DNA of 64,000 nt from a virus. The DNA lies in IMG/VR virus record IMGVR_UViG_3300022562_001240. One strand, written 5' to 3'. The position numbers and the translations under genes are program-made. A model generated the notes under the pieces. The model saw only the letters and a list, made by a program, of their open reading frames with translations, made no database searches and was not told the DNA's origin. This document shows positions 46,392 to 57,344 of this stretch, piece by piece. Position 1 is the stretch's first letter, and each line of letters starts with the position of its first letter.

Positions 46392-47483
46392 TTATGAAGA
46401 AGATGAAAAAACGGATGAAGAAAGCTTAGTGTCCTTCCCGTTGATCTGCAAATAGTGATCCGGCGTCTTCCCAGACAACACATCTCTCGTCAAGTCAAGC
46501 ATGTATCGCTTGAAAGTTCGATCAAATTGCTCATAGTCGTTGAACTTCAGCACCTCTTTCAAGGCATCAAGGCCACTTTTGTCTGATGCTGTCTTAAGGA
46601 ATTGGTGGAACGTATCCTGACCAAACTCCTTGCGGATCATCAGACAGAGACAGAATGCCGATTGGTCAAACAGTCGTTTGTTGGCTTCTGAGAGACTCGC
46701 ATATTGATCACGGCTCATGGTCAGCAGACCTTCGCTGAAATACATGGGCTGGTTGCCTTCCAATCGAGGTTTCAAATCCTTGAGTTCCTCTCGAATCTGA
46801 CCAAGCGAACCATTCAGCACAGCAATCCCACGATCCGACCACCATCCAAAATTTGCATTGTACTTCTGCTGGAACTCGGCCATGACTACCTCCGTCAGAG
46901 GCACGGGCACAGTGTGGGACGGGGAACCATTGATGAGCAAAAACACAACAGTTTCCTTGATCTTACCTTCAGGGGTTCGACGCACTTCCACACGACTCGA
47001 AGTGAGCTTGAACAGCTTCTCGAACAAAGCAGGGTCATCGACACAGATCATCTTGCATTCTGTAGAGAAGTCGATGTCATAGAAGCCCCAGCGAGCCAGC
47101 ATCCAAGTCTTGATTTGCTCAAGGTGCTTGTGCAAGAATTCCGCTTGAGTGTTGTTGAGAGAAAGCACAGTAAAGTTCTTGCTAGTCCAGCGGTTCCATT
47201 CCAGCCCTTCAATGTCCTTTGGGATATTGCTGGCATTGTGCATCTCGGTTGTGACTTCCAATGGAAGACGAACCTTGGTGATCGGAGTCTCGTCGGCTGC
47301 AAACGCAGAACAAGACAAGAACAAAAGAATCAGTAGACTTTGCAAGAACTTCACTTTGTGCCTCCAGTGGTTAAGCAGCAAGTTCCCGGAGATCCTGTTC
47401 ATTCCAGTCGCTCCGAATTCGATCCTTGTACTGCTTGATGAGTTGGCTGATTCTGCTTTCGCTGACGCCAAACTTGGCCCCAA
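46392..47483 (-). CDS. secreted protein (signal peptide), hypothetical
   Basis: LLILLFLSCSAFA. Confidence 0.5.
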   Translation of the reverse strand: MGPSLASAKAESANSSSSTRIEFGATGMNRISGNLLLNHWRHKVKFLQSLLILLFLSCSAFAADETPITKVRLPLEVTTEMHNASNIPKDIEGLEWNRWTSKNFTVLSLNNTQAEFLHKHLEQIKTWMLARWGFYDIDFSTECKMICVDDPALFEKLFKLTSSRVEVRRTPEGKIKETVVFLLINGSPSHTVPVPLTEVVMAEFQQKYNANFGWWSDRGIAVLNGSLGQIREELKDLKPRLEGNQPMYFSEGLLTMSRDQYASLSEANKRLFDQSAFCLCLMIRKEFGQDTFHQFLKTASDKSGLDALKEVLKFNDYEQFDRTFKRYMLDLTRDVLSGKTPDHYLQINGKDTKLSSSVFSSSS

Positions 47484-47985
47484 CTTCCTTCATCGAGTAT
47501 TCGTCGATGAAGTAGAATCGCAGGACTTGTTCAGCCTGCTCGTCGAGGTCCAACGTGATGACTTCCATGAGTTCATCACAGTTGTTATCCGGCTTTGCTT
47601 CGATGAGGTCGCCACGGCAGCAGTCAGAGCCCTCGTCAGTGACATTCAAACTGAATGCCCGGACGTGCTCATCCCGCTTGCCCCATCCCATTTCTCGAAG
47701 GTAGTCATGGATCGCTCCGAAAACTCGGGGATAGGCGAAGGTCGAAAATTCCACTCCCAATTCGGGATTGAATCTGGAAGCTGCTTCCACGAGGCCCATA
47801 TAGGCTGCGGACTTCAGTTCTTCCACATCCACGAAAGCGGGAAGGGTCTTCTTCTTCTGGTAGGCGAGCTTGTTCGCCAAAGGGATATATCGTTCAACAA
47901 GTGCATTGTTGGTACACATGGTAATTCTCCGTATCTGTAAAAAAAGTTGGTCAAAGTAGTTGTAGTAAAGTAGTTTTACTGTCAC
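47371..47985 (-). CDS. sigma-70 family RNA polymerase sigma factor
   Basis: region 2 (YIPLANKLA..., MGLVEAASRFNP) and region 4.2 HTH (SMKEVGAKFGVSESRISQLIKQ). Confidence 0.7.
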   Translation of the reverse strand: MTVKLLYYNYFDQLFLQIRRITMCTNNALVERYIPLANKLAYQKKKTLPAFVDVEELKSAAYMGLVEAASRFNPELGVEFSTFAYPRVFGAIHDYLREMGWGKRDEHVRAFSLNVTDEGSDCCRGDLIEAKPDNNCDELMEVITLDLDEQAEQVLRFYFIDEYSMKEVGAKFGVSESRISQLIKQYKDRIRSDWNEQDLRELAA

Positions 47986-47993
47986 TGTATGTA

Positions 47994-48959
47994 TCAGATA
48001 CCGGAGATAAATTCAAGGCGTTTCGAAGCCTCAGAGGCCATGAAAAAGTCCGCTTCTGAGAGTTTCTGTAAGAACCATTGTTTCACCCTCAGAAGGTGTG
48101 GACCCGGCAGAAAAAATCTGTCTCGGCCTGCCAACCCTAGATGCCACAACAGGTCGTCAAGATGGGTGTCTTGGGTGATTGATAGGGGCGTTGGGATACT
48201 CGAAACCGTGTGGACGAAGTTTAAGAAAAGTCCCGTCCAGCCAAAAACATGCTCCTGAGACAGCCGACACTCTGGGAGCCGCAATTCTACCGTTTTTCTT
48301 GTATGTGTATCGACGATCTGACCCATGGCAAAGCCCACGGTGTTCAGAGCGTACTTTTTCTCTTCATTGTTGTGGGTCGAGTAGTCTGTGGGTCGCATAA
48401 GATGCCAGAAATCATATGGCGTAGAGGCCCACATGCTGGTGTATCCATTCTTATCGGTCAGCCTACTTCTTAAAGAACGACAGTAGTGGCTCTCAGATCG
48501 GCATGGGTCACAGATATGGAAGAGGGCATCCTCAACCTTCATCCAGACCAGCAGAAGGTGCCCCATCGCTCGGGCCGTGAAATCTGAGGCATCCACATGA
48601 ACATGGAGGCCGCAGTTCTTGTTGGTCTCCAGTGAGAGACCCAACCAACCTGCGGCCTTGGAGATGTTGCGGAGATCGGGCGAGCCTGACCCTATGTAAG
48701 AAGCAATCTCCCATCCGTAGTCGTTTCCCTTTCCGAGTGGACCACAGGTGGAATCATACTTCACATGCCAGTAGTTGTTCTCTTTGGTCTCAGCCCATCC
48801 TTTGGTGGCTGGAGTCACCCTGACAGACTTCTTGAGACCTATGAAAAACTCATATTGATCCAGCGATGTGCCTATGTTCTGCTTGTCGGTTGTAGCGGAG
48901 ACTTCGAGTTCGACGCCAAACCGACGAAATAGAGGCATTTCCTTGTATTTGATCTGCAT
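47994..48959 (-). CDS. putative amidoligase (glutamine-synthetase/GCS2-like fold)
   Basis: GLHVHVD motif and overall resemblance to the Amidoligase_2 family; recalled, not searched. Confidence 0.4.
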   Translation of the reverse strand: MQIKYKEMPLFRRFGVELEVSATTDKQNIGTSLDQYEFFIGLKKSVRVTPATKGWAETKENNYWHVKYDSTCGPLGKGNDYGWEIASYIGSGSPDLRNISKAAGWLGLSLETNKNCGLHVHVDASDFTARAMGHLLLVWMKVEDALFHICDPCRSESHYCRSLRSRLTDKNGYTSMWASTPYDFWHLMRPTDYSTHNNEEKKYALNTVGFAMGQIVDTHTRKTVELRLPECRLSQEHVFGWTGLFLNFVHTVSSIPTPLSITQDTHLDDLLWHLGLAGRDRFFLPGPHLLRVKQWFLQKLSEADFFMASEASKRLEFISGI

Positions 48960-48976
48960 CCTTGCAGGCTTCCTTA

Positions 48977-49297
48977 TTACTCATCGTCAGGACTGACTGG
49001 GATACCATCCCAATTCTTGACGGCTGGCCTGTTGACAAGCCCGTCAGAATAAGGCTCCTCTTGTCCCATAAAAACAGCTTGATCATATGTGGGACTGCCA
49101 ACTTGAACCAGTTCGCCGTTCTCCATCCTGTAGAGCGGCCCTTCAGGAAGATCCAATAATTGAGATTCCTGACGGCTGGCCTCGACCGGAGCCGAAGTCT
49201 CGTCTCGCATATATGCTACCAGTTTAGCCACTGATCCGGCAATGGCAATCAGCAAAAACGTGTTGAAGGCGCAAAGGCCCAAAATTACCCATAGCAT
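48977..49297 (-). CDS. small membrane protein
   Basis: MLWVILGLCAFNTFLLIAIAG. Confidence 0.4.
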   Translation of the reverse strand: MLWVILGLCAFNTFLLIAIAGSVAKLVAYMRDETSAPVEASRQESQLLDLPEGPLYRMENGELVQVGSPTYDQAVFMGQEEPYSDGLVNRPAVKNWDGIPVSPDDE

Positions 49298-49316
49298 TTC
49301 TACCTCACTTGTTACC

Positions 49317-52300
49317 TTAAGAAATTAGAACTTCATCTGTGACATCCACCCGAAGCAACGGAGAATCAAGACCAACCTGAGAAACCGTCAAAACCATATC
49401 TGGATTGTTGATCCAGCTTCGTCTCTTAAACAACCCGATGTTGTCGTAAATCGAGTTCTGGTAAATTGTAGCGTTCGGGTTCACCACTGCCACATCTGCT
49501 TGTGTATCGTAGGTCACGGTAAATTTCAGTTCATTCGCATTGGTATCACAGATCGCTTCTGGCAAAATTCCAAGGATGATCCTGCTATCATAATCTTCAC
49601 CAGTGTCAAGGTTCTCTCGGAAGAACTGCATTGACAGCTTCCAGATGTCCCGACCAATCGCCGTCGAACCAATGATGTTCGTACACTGCAACTCGATCAC
49701 GATGTCCCACGTCTCATAGGTGTTGGCATCAGCCGACAACCCCTTGAAGTGGACATTTCTCTGCCACGAGTTGTTGATTGTATTGTAAGACAACAGCAGA
49801 CGAGAATTGAACGACAGATTGTTCCTCACAAGAAACTGTGCCAAGATATTGTCTCTTACAAGGTTGTGCTCGAAGTTGATCATCAGCGGAATTGTGAAGC
49901 AACCACACTGGGCAACATCCGTGTTCAAGATTTCTGCGTCTCCCAAATGCTGATCATTGCCATAAGCAACAATGATGTCTCTGATCGTCATATCAAATTC
50001 TGCGTTTTCGATCAATGTACCGTAATCGCTGGCACTTTGACCCGCCGAACCCAGAATGAAGATGGCGTTGCCATCAGACGTGTAGCTCCAGACTGAGGCC
50101 CGGCGATCCGCCGATCCTGCCATTGAAACCCCGCCTGTGGCCTCATATGTGAAAGCTGCTTCGGGCGTGAAGGATGTACCGCCCATGGTAACACCACCGC
50201 TGGCCTCGTAGTGCTTGTGCCATGAATCCAATGATCCGCCCCCAGCAACAGCACCGCCCGTGCCTTCCTCGAAGAACGGAGTCACTTTGGCTTCGCCACC
50301 CATGACAGCCCCTCCTTCGGCCCAGATTGGGTCTACAAGAGCCTCTGCTCCAACGACAACGCCGCCTGTGGTGTCCACGTTGAAAGTATAAGGTGCTCCA
50401 CCTGAGACAGTCACGCCGCCTGTCATGACCTCGTAGGCGACCATGCTCGATTCATATCCTGCCTCGCCACCAACCTCAATCTCTCCACTGCCCACATAGG
50501 AGAAGGCCGACGATACAACTTTGGCTTCGCCGCCCATTCGGATTCGTTGATGCTCTGCCTCTTCATAGAAGACATCCAGCGAGATGTAGTCTACATTGGC
50601 GATGATTGCCGCCAGAGAAAGCTGAGACTCGATTCTGATGGCGATTCCAAAATTTGGATCGTTCAAGTCTGCCGGATCGATGAAGGCGGACCAAGCCTGA
50701 CCACTCCCGTCATATCCATTGCTCCCATAAGACTTGGGAGAGAATGACGCTCCTACCGGCCAGTCATTTGTTGTATCTGCCAGATTGTCCGAGATGATCT
50801 CATCACCCACCAGAAGATAGACTTCAAGGTCTCTGACGCCAGACTGCGTAGCCCAGCGTTCAATGTTGACAATCGCCCCAAGGACATCAACCGTCTCCGG
50901 GATGTCCAGATTGAAGTTCCGGGCGATCAAGAACTCACTTTTCTTCGCATAGCTGATGTCGGTGGAAGCATACAAATTGTCATCTTTGGCGATCCGCTCG
51001 ACCAGACTCCATACTTGATCGCTGGTTTCGTCGGCCAAACTTTCTTGTGCGAGCGAAAACCGGTTGGCGACAATCGAAGGCCATTCGCCTCCGATGAAAG
51101 AGTATGCTGATGCACTCAGGCCACCTGTGCCTGCGACAGTCAAACCGCCTGTGCCTGTGTAGGCATAGTAGCTGGATTCCACAAAAGCTTCGCCGCCAAC
51201 AACAGCACCGCCCCCAATGTCTTCCTCTGGGTATGGGGTTGCTGCATAGGAGCAAATGGCAGAACCAGCGATGAACACGCCGCCTTCTGCCTCTGCTTCC
51301 AAGAAGGCGTCAATTTGTACACGATTGATTGTGAAACCAAAGGTGACAGTCAAGTCTTCGTCAATGCAGAACTCAGAGCACTTGGGGATGCCACAGATTT
51401 CCACTGGCGTCAACTCGTTACAATCGAAATTATCTCCCTCTGCTTCAAGTTGCTGAACGACAGAGTTTTCGGCAGGCCGACTGAATCTCTGAACGCTTTC
51501 AATGGGCAAGTTGAGCCGTCGCTGAGAAAGTTTTTCGCAAAGTTCTCCCAACGTGCGAGCATGAATGTTGACGATGAATTTCTGGCAACATGGATCAGCC
51601 ACCAGATTACATTCATCGCCCTGTCGCCCCTTGCCGATGATGCGATACCAGAAAGCCGGGAGTTCCCCGAGATTCCACAAGAATGTCAAATCCTTGAAGA
51701 TTGCCGCTCGCAGGTTCCACAAACATGTCAGGTCTTTGTTGAATGAGAATCGCAAACCTGCTGATCCAGACATGCTGACACCACCACTGGCCGCAAGATT
51801 CACACCAGTAATGCCTCCTCCAGCAGTGCCGCCGATTTTGATGAGATTCCCGTTCGAAGTGTAGTTGTAGATTCTCAGATCTCGCCTGATAGCGTTTCCG
51901 CCGACCACGGCCCCACCTGTTCCATCGACATAATCGTAGAACGTCTGGATGGCGTTACCGCCAGCTACAACACCGCCTTGTGCCACAATGAATGATTGGT
52001 TGAGGGCGGCACCGGCAACAACCACACCGCCTGTGGCGGGAATGTATGATTGGTTGTAAGAGAATCCGCTAGTGAGAACGCCACCAAACATTTCGATATT
52101 GTGGCCGATCAAAGCAACATCTGCTGATCCCCCAACGACTACACCGCCAGAAGTTGTTTCTGTTTTTAAGATGCTGTCGCTACCAGTTCCAGCGACAACC
52201 ACACCACCTGTTCCGTCGTGGGTGTATCGATTTGCAGATGTGCCTCCAGCGACCACACCACCAGAGGCCATAATCGAGGTGCTTCCAACCACCGACGCAC

Positions 52301-53612
52301 TGCCACCAACCTTGACCCCGCCAGAGACACCAATGGCAAGCTCTGTCAAGAAGACATACACGGCCCCAGCGTCCGAGAGGAAATCCGCTTCATCTTCATC
52401 GAAGTCTTGGCCCGGAGCGGGCACAAGAATCGCTTCGTCTGTGAAGGTGATCTGTTGGTTGAGCCCATTGCTGTACTTGCTCAGGTAGTCATTGGATTGA
52501 TCGGACTGATGGTGAATTCGACCTTCAAAGGCAAATCCTCCATTCCCGTCAACATCTTGGTAGACATAGATTGCACCAGAATCATTTGGGGCCGATCCGC
52601 CCGTAGAATCTCTGGCAGCAAAGAAGTCTCCACCAAAAATTCGGACCCCATCAAAACCAACACATGATCCGAAGAAACTAACATCATTAAGATCGGGGCT
52701 CGGTCGGAGAAACTTTTGAAACAATCCCCAATTGTTGGTTCCCCCATAATCTTTTGAATGAAGATAGACGGCTCCTCGATTTGAGAAGTCATCATTGACA
52801 GCACCGGTGACAAACCGATCTCCCTTCCCAGAGATCGTTGCTCCCCAACCAGTCGTAGAAGATCCATCGATGATGGCGTTGGTCGTGAACCCACTGGTTG
52901 AGTCATCGAAGATAAAAACCTGTCGAGGGAAACCGGGCTCTGGGTTGGATGTCACCCAGAGACGGCCCGCATCTGTGTCTAAAGACACGCATCGACCGAA
53001 CGAATGGTTGTCTCCGGTTTCGACGACAACTCCTCGAATCTTCTGATAGAAGCTCCAAGTGGAACCACTGCGAGTGTAGATCCAGACTGCACCATTGTCT
53101 GTATCATAAGCCATTGACGAGATAGCAATCATGTCTTGGCCTAGATCAATTGAGTTGCCAAAGTTACCGCTCAAAATACGATCATCTGAGGTTCCATCCA
53201 AAGCCACAATTTTTTGTTGGAACGACCAAGTGCCGCCCGACAAAGTATAGATGTAAACGGCTCCCGCTGCTGTGAGAGAGTTGGAGCCATCTGCATCCAA
53301 ATTGTCCCCTGTTGCAGAAATCGCCATCGTGTCGCCGTACACAGATACGTTGTATCCAAACAATGCGTACTGGTGCCTGTGAGGCGACACGATCTTTTGT
53401 CGCTGAACGTACTGCCGTTGATTCCTCTGGTACACAAAAACCGCACCAGCCGAAGCCGTACCATCACCCCCGACCGCATTGAAATCATGAAACGGCCAGC
53501 CAGTCACAGCCCACAGGCCATCGACGGCTGTGGAAATGACGAATCCGTCACCAGCCGCTCTGACATCTGGGACGAGCTTTTGGACTTGAGTGTAGGTTAC
53601 AGTTTGACTCAT
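49317..53612 (-). CDS. giant repeat structural protein (FG-GAP/beta-propeller-like N-terminus plus Gly/Val-rich repeats)
   Basis: 1431 aa; N-terminal repeats of type GAVYIY...DG; C-terminal TGGVVVAG repeats; paralogous to 11588..14470. Confidence 0.75.
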   Translation of the reverse strand: MSQTVTYTQVQKLVPDVRAAGDGFVISTAVDGLWAVTGWPFHDFNAVGGDGTASAGAVFVYQRNQRQYVQRQKIVSPHRHQYALFGYNVSVYGDTMAISATGDNLDADGSNSLTAAGAVYIYTLSGGTWSFQQKIVALDGTSDDRILSGNFGNSIDLGQDMIAISSMAYDTDNGAVWIYTRSGSTWSFYQKIRGVVVETGDNHSFGRCVSLDTDAGRLWVTSNPEPGFPRQVFIFDDSTSGFTTNAIIDGSSTTGWGATISGKGDRFVTGAVNDDFSNRGAVYLHSKDYGGTNNWGLFQKFLRPSPDLNDVSFFGSCVGFDGVRIFGGDFFAARDSTGGSAPNDSGAIYVYQDVDGNGGFAFEGRIHHQSDQSNDYLSKYSNGLNQQITFTDEAILVPAPGQDFDEDEADFLSDAGAVYVFLTELAIGVSGGVKVGGSASVVGSTSIMASGGVVAGGTSANRYTHDGTGGVVVAGTGSDSILKTETTSGGVVVGGSADVALIGHNIEMFGGVLTSGFSYNQSYIPATGGVVVAGAALNQSFIVAQGGVVAGGNAIQTFYDYVDGTGGAVVGGNAIRRDLRIYNYTSNGNLIKIGGTAGGGITGVNLAASGGVSMSGSAGLRFSFNKDLTCLWNLRAAIFKDLTFLWNLGELPAFWYRIIGKGRQGDECNLVADPCCQKFIVNIHARTLGELCEKLSQRRLNLPIESVQRFSRPAENSVVQQLEAEGDNFDCNELTPVEICGIPKCSEFCIDEDLTVTFGFTINRVQIDAFLEAEAEGGVFIAGSAICSYAATPYPEEDIGGGAVVGGEAFVESSYYAYTGTGGLTVAGTGGLSASAYSFIGGEWPSIVANRFSLAQESLADETSDQVWSLVERIAKDDNLYASTDISYAKKSEFLIARNFNLDIPETVDVLGAIVNIERWATQSGVRDLEVYLLVGDEIISDNLADTTNDWPVGASFSPKSYGSNGYDGSGQAWSAFIDPADLNDPNFGIAIRIESQLSLAAIIANVDYISLDVFYEEAEHQRIRMGGEAKVVSSAFSYVGSGEIEVGGEAGYESSMVAYEVMTGGVTVSGGAPYTFNVDTTGGVVVGAEALVDPIWAEGGAVMGGEAKVTPFFEEGTGGAVAGGGSLDSWHKHYEASGGVTMGGTSFTPEAAFTYEATGGVSMAGSADRRASVWSYTSDGNAIFILGSAGQSASDYGTLIENAEFDMTIRDIIVAYGNDQHLGDAEILNTDVAQCGCFTIPLMINFEHNLVRDNILAQFLVRNNLSFNSRLLLSYNTINNSWQRNVHFKGLSADANTYETWDIVIELQCTNIIGSTAIGRDIWKLSMQFFRENLDTGEDYDSRIILGILPEAICDTNANELKFTVTYDTQADVAVVNPNATIYQNSIYDNIGLFKRRSWINNPDMVLTVSQVGLDSPLLRVDVTDEVLIS

Positions 53613-53614
53613 TC

Positions 53615-54307
53615 TTATCCTTCGAGAGCTTCAATGATCCTTCCGACCAATGGGTGTCGGACGATCTGCTGCGGCTTAAATTGGACAAATCCAACTCCCG
53701 GCACGCCGTGCAATCTGTGCATCACGTTGGTCAGAGCAACTTCGCCGCCGAGGTCGCTTTGTGATGGGTCGCCGGTGAGGATCACCTTTGAGTTTTCTCC
53801 GAATCGAGTGAGGAACAACTTTAGCTGCATCATGGATGCGTTTTGAGCTTCGTCAAAAATGCAGACAGCATCGTCAAATGTTCGGCCTCGCATGTAAGCA
53901 ATAGGGGCCACTTCGAGGGCACTATTGATCTTGTCTCTCCATGGAGAATTGTCGTCTGATCGACCGACAAGTTTATCTATGCAGTCATACATGGGCATCA
54001 TGTAAGGATGCACTTTTTCTTCGAATTCTCCGGGGAGAAAACCGAGCTTTTCACCAGATTCCACGATGGGCCGGGTGATGACAATCTTTCGCTTCTCTTT
54101 GTTTAAGATCTGCTCGATAGCAAACGCACAGGCAAGGTAGCTTTTGCCTGTACCGGCTGGGCCAGTCATAAACAGAACGTCGTGTTGTTTGAATGCGGCC
54201 CAAGCAAGTCCTTGAGCTTCATTCTTGAATTCGATGTGAAACGATCCGTTTCCAGAGGGTCGCCTAGCTCGTGTTTGCTGTGTTGGCTTAGGTGGTTTTC
54301 TTGGCAT
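53615..54307 (-). CDS. phoH: PhoH-like ATPase
   Basis: Walker A GPAGTGKSY, Walker B CIFDEAQN, VILTGDPSQSD. Confidence 0.85.
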   Translation of the reverse strand: MPRKPPKPTQQTRARRPSGNGSFHIEFKNEAQGLAWAAFKQHDVLFMTGPAGTGKSYLACAFAIEQILNKEKRKIVITRPIVESGEKLGFLPGEFEEKVHPYMMPMYDCIDKLVGRSDDNSPWRDKINSALEVAPIAYMRGRTFDDAVCIFDEAQNASMMQLKLFLTRFGENSKVILTGDPSQSDLGGEVALTNVMHRLHGVPGVGFVQFKPQQIVRHPLVGRIIEALEG

Positions 54308-54351
54308 TTTGCTCCTTACCAGTTCGAATGAACCTTGTTGTGTTATTTATG

Positions 54352-54398
54352 AGAGGAAGAGCCAAAAGAAAAACCCTATCATGGTTGGGACATGATAG
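54352..54398. promoter_or_regulatory. 12-bp-stem inverted repeat in a divergent intergenic region
   Basis: aaccctatcatg-gttggga-catgatagggtt with aaaagaaaaa on the low-coordinate side. Confidence 0.4.
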
Positions 54399-54604
54399 GG
54401 TTCTCAACTTCCCACAGAAAGCGTCTGGCGCATCATTCAACAACAGCGACCTCCCTCTGCCGTCACGTCTGCACTTAATAAACAAGCCAACCACGTCGAT
54501 TTGAGGACTACACCAATTGGAATTTTGGGCCTCTCATGCGGTTATTGAGAGCCCCCTCATCCTCACGACTTTCCCACCTCAGACTTGCTTAATCAACGGG
54601 AAGG

Positions 54605-55162
54605 ATGAATGCCCGAGCGTTACCAGTGCTTACAGATGACTGGAGTTGGGTCAGGCTTTCATATTATACACTGAGAAATCTCTTTCTGCCAAGGCTAAAT
54701 ATCCACATGATGAGGTTTAAGGAATTCGTACAAAACATGTCCGCCGAAGACATGGATGAGGAAAAGAGGGACATACAACAAACCCTCGGAAAACTTCCTC
54801 CATCCCATGCCAATTTGGTCAAAGGATTCAAGTGGAAGTTCCAGAGCGGTAACACGCTTCATGGGGACGACGAGCATGTTGGCTACATGGACGATCAGTC
54901 CAAAGAAATCGCCGTGGCCGCACCATGGAATTACGGTCGAGAATTTACCGTTCTGCACGAAGTTGCCCATCGTGTCTGGGAACTGCTTCCCCGACCACTG
55001 AAGCAACAGTGGGCAAATGTCGTAGCCCACACTGAGAAAAAGCAGAATCAGAGTCCAGAAGAGTTGTTCTGTATGGCATACGCTAACCATTATGCCAAGA
55101 ACAAGATTGTGATCCACGATCACCCACAATGGCACGAGTTTATCAAGAATCTACCGCAATGA
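54605..55162 (+). CDS. hypothetical protein
   Basis: ORF. Confidence 0.5.
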   Translation: MNARALPVLTDDWSWVRLSYYTLRNLFLPRLNIHMMRFKEFVQNMSAEDMDEEKRDIQQTLGKLPPSHANLVKGFKWKFQSGNTLHGDDEHVGYMDDQSKEIAVAAPWNYGREFTVLHEVAHRVWELLPRPLKQQWANVVAHTEKKQNQSPEELFCMAYANHYAKNKIVIHDHPQWHEFIKNLPQ

Positions 55163-55857
55163 CGTTTAGAGATTGGCTACAACTAGATGAAGCAAGAATG
55201 AAGGGGTTCAAGAGGCACTTTCTTAAGATGCACCCCCATGTGCCAAAGTATGTCGCCCATCAGATGTACACAAATCGACTCGGGCCAGAGCTAGACCGAT
55301 CCATCAGAACCTATGGAAGCGTTGCGCCAACAGTCCTTCAGATACCAGAGCCAGTTGACCTACAAGCAACCACTATCGATCATCGTCCCGCTGGCAGCCC
55401 TCGGCCTTCGCCAAGCGAACTTCTGAGAGACAGGGATTTCTTGAAAGACATTGTTTGGGAGAAACGCCCGAGAACAATAGAAGTCGGCCCGCTCGATTTC
55501 GATCAAGGCACCCTTGGCCTGTTCCTCCAATGGAGATTCGGATTTGCGCCCAAAAATCAACTGGTCAGAAACGACACGAACCGATTCGCTGTACAAAGAA
55601 AGAAACTGATCGACCAAATCGCCGGGGATAACGAGCCAATCATCATCGTCAAAGAAGGCAACAAATATCGCCTATTGGAAGGATATCACAGAACGATGAT
55701 CTTCCTGCTCTGGCCCTATCAAGATGTGCCGGGCGCACCGCCAGATCAGATTGAAATCTTAGAAAAAGGTGGAGACCCCAACCTGCTCGACTTTGCCAAG
55801 TGGTTGAGAGTCCCCATCAAAGCGTACATTGGAACTAAGTCTGGGCTTGCTGCATAA
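55129..55857 (+). CDS. ParB/Srx-like nuclease-domain protein (tentative)
   Basis: IVKEGNKYRLLEGYHRT resembles the ParB N-terminal motif. Confidence 0.4.
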   Translation: MARVYQESTAMTFRDWLQLDEARMKGFKRHFLKMHPHVPKYVAHQMYTNRLGPELDRSIRTYGSVAPTVLQIPEPVDLQATTIDHRPAGSPRPSPSELLRDRDFLKDIVWEKRPRTIEVGPLDFDQGTLGLFLQWRFGFAPKNQLVRNDTNRFAVQRKKLIDQIAGDNEPIIIVKEGNKYRLLEGYHRTMIFLLWPYQDVPGAPPDQIEILEKGGDPNLLDFAKWLRVPIKAYIGTKSGLAA

Positions 55858-56569
55858 GCTTCGGCACTTTGCCCATCGCCTCTTCACTGATCTGTTCGTA
55901 TTCACTGGGATCGCCACTGAAGATCTTGTAGTGATGCACAATGGAGTTTCCTGTTGCTTGCGGCTTGTGGCCTTTGAATTGGGCACGCAGCGTCATGATG
56001 AACGCTCCTCCCACCAGTGGGAGTTCTTCCGGCCATGGCCCAATATCATCCCAGCACTTACGGCTGATGAGCATACACCATTCCTGAATGAACTGTACCT
56101 TTTGTTTCTGGATGTAGTATTCATTCAGTTGTACGCCCACAATGCCAGCCCCTTTAGAGATCGAGATGTTGATCAAGATGTCCAGCCATGCTGGATTCAG
56201 GACGGCGGTGTCACAGTGGAGGAAGACGAAGTAGCTGGAACGGGGATCGGCCATTGCCACGCCTTGATTGCAGGCGGCTGACCAATACTTGTTCTCCTTG
56301 TTGCGGACAACCTTGATTCCTTCAGATTCCAAGACACTCAAATAGTCCTTGGTCTCAGGATCATCAGATGCGTTGTCAACGACAATGACTTCGTAGTTGG
56401 CTAAATGACTACAGACGTGAATCGACTGCAAGCAGATGTTGAGATATTCTGGCTTGTTGTGATGAACGACGATGATCGAGACTTGTTCGTCACGGCCATC
56501 CTCCAAATCGATTCGAAGATCAGGAACTCCTGATGGAGATTCAAGCGGGTTATGCGGTTGGTCTGTCAT
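55835..56569 (-). CDS. family-2 glycosyltransferase
   Basis: VSIIVVHHN...VIVVDNASDD typical GT-A N-terminus. Confidence 0.65.
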   Translation of the reverse strand: MTDQPHNPLESPSGVPDLRIDLEDGRDEQVSIIVVHHNKPEYLNICLQSIHVCSHLANYEVIVVDNASDDPETKDYLSVLESEGIKVVRNKENKYWSAACNQGVAMADPRSSYFVFLHCDTAVLNPAWLDILINISISKGAGIVGVQLNEYYIQKQKVQFIQEWCMLISRKCWDDIGPWPEELPLVGGAFIMTLRAQFKGHKPQATGNSIVHHYKIFSGDPSEYEQISEEAMGKVPKLMQQAQT

Positions 56570-56763
56570 ACTATTCCCTCCTTGTGCATATTACAGTAAG
56601 GAGGATACATATTCTTAAAGAGGTAATCACATGGAAGACACACAACTCCAAGCACAGGGCCTATTCGATGCTTTCAGGCTCCTTGACAAAGAATTGGTAG
56701 ACAAGGTTCTAGCAATCGCCAAAACCCTGAAGATCGAAGAACTCGATGGTGGGATCACCAGAA

Positions 56764-57045
56764 TTACGATTGAACTGGTGAATCAGAAGAAGTGACACCT
56801 TCGACTTCAACATCTGTGACCACGCCATATTCAATCACACAATCCACATCCTGCACCTTCTCGGTTCGGGGAAGCTGGTTCGTGTAAAGGTATTGGCGGA
56901 TCACATCTGGATCGATGTGGGCCTTCTCGACACTCACGAAAACGAACTCGCCCTCAACCTGACGGGCGATCTTCATCAGCATTGCTACTTTCATGCGAGG
57001 CTCTCCTGCAAATCTGGGAACGGGCCTTCGAGCCAAACACGGCAC
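56764..57045 (-). CDS. hypothetical protein
   Basis: ORF. Confidence 0.35.
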   Translation of the reverse strand: MPCLARRPVPRFAGEPRMKVAMLMKIARQVEGEFVFVSVEKAHIDPDVIRQYLYTNQLPRTEKVQDVDCVIEYGVVTDVEVEGVTSSDSPVQS

Positions 57046-57344
57046 AAAGGAGTGTCACGTCTCAACGTGATGATTTCTTTTCCAGCGTTAACCAGATCCA
57101 CATAGATCTCTCCGCTCTCAAATGATCCCGGCGCATTGGCGGCAACCAATCCCTTTTCCGTCAGTTCGGGAACAAGCTGGAAACACAGTCTGTAGCCGTT
57201 GGCTACCTCAACATGTACTCCCGTGCTCACCCTCTTCGCATACCGGGAGGGAAACTGGCCCGTCATCACTTCGCTCGGCGGGAATGCTGCCGAGAGAACA
57301 TTGTCCTGCGGGATTTGTCCCTTTGTTACTTTCACTAATGGCAT
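56991..57344 (-). CDS. dUTPase-like protein
   Basis: GSFESGEIYVDLVNAGKEIITLRRDTPLCRVWL resembles dUTPase motifs III-IV; trimmed to MPLVK. Confidence 0.5.
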   Translation of the reverse strand: MPLVKVTKGQIPQDNVLSAAFPPSEVMTGQFPSRYAKRVSTGVHVEVANGYRLCFQLVPELTEKGLVAANAPGSFESGEIYVDLVNAGKEIITLRRDTPLCRVWLEGPFPDLQESLA

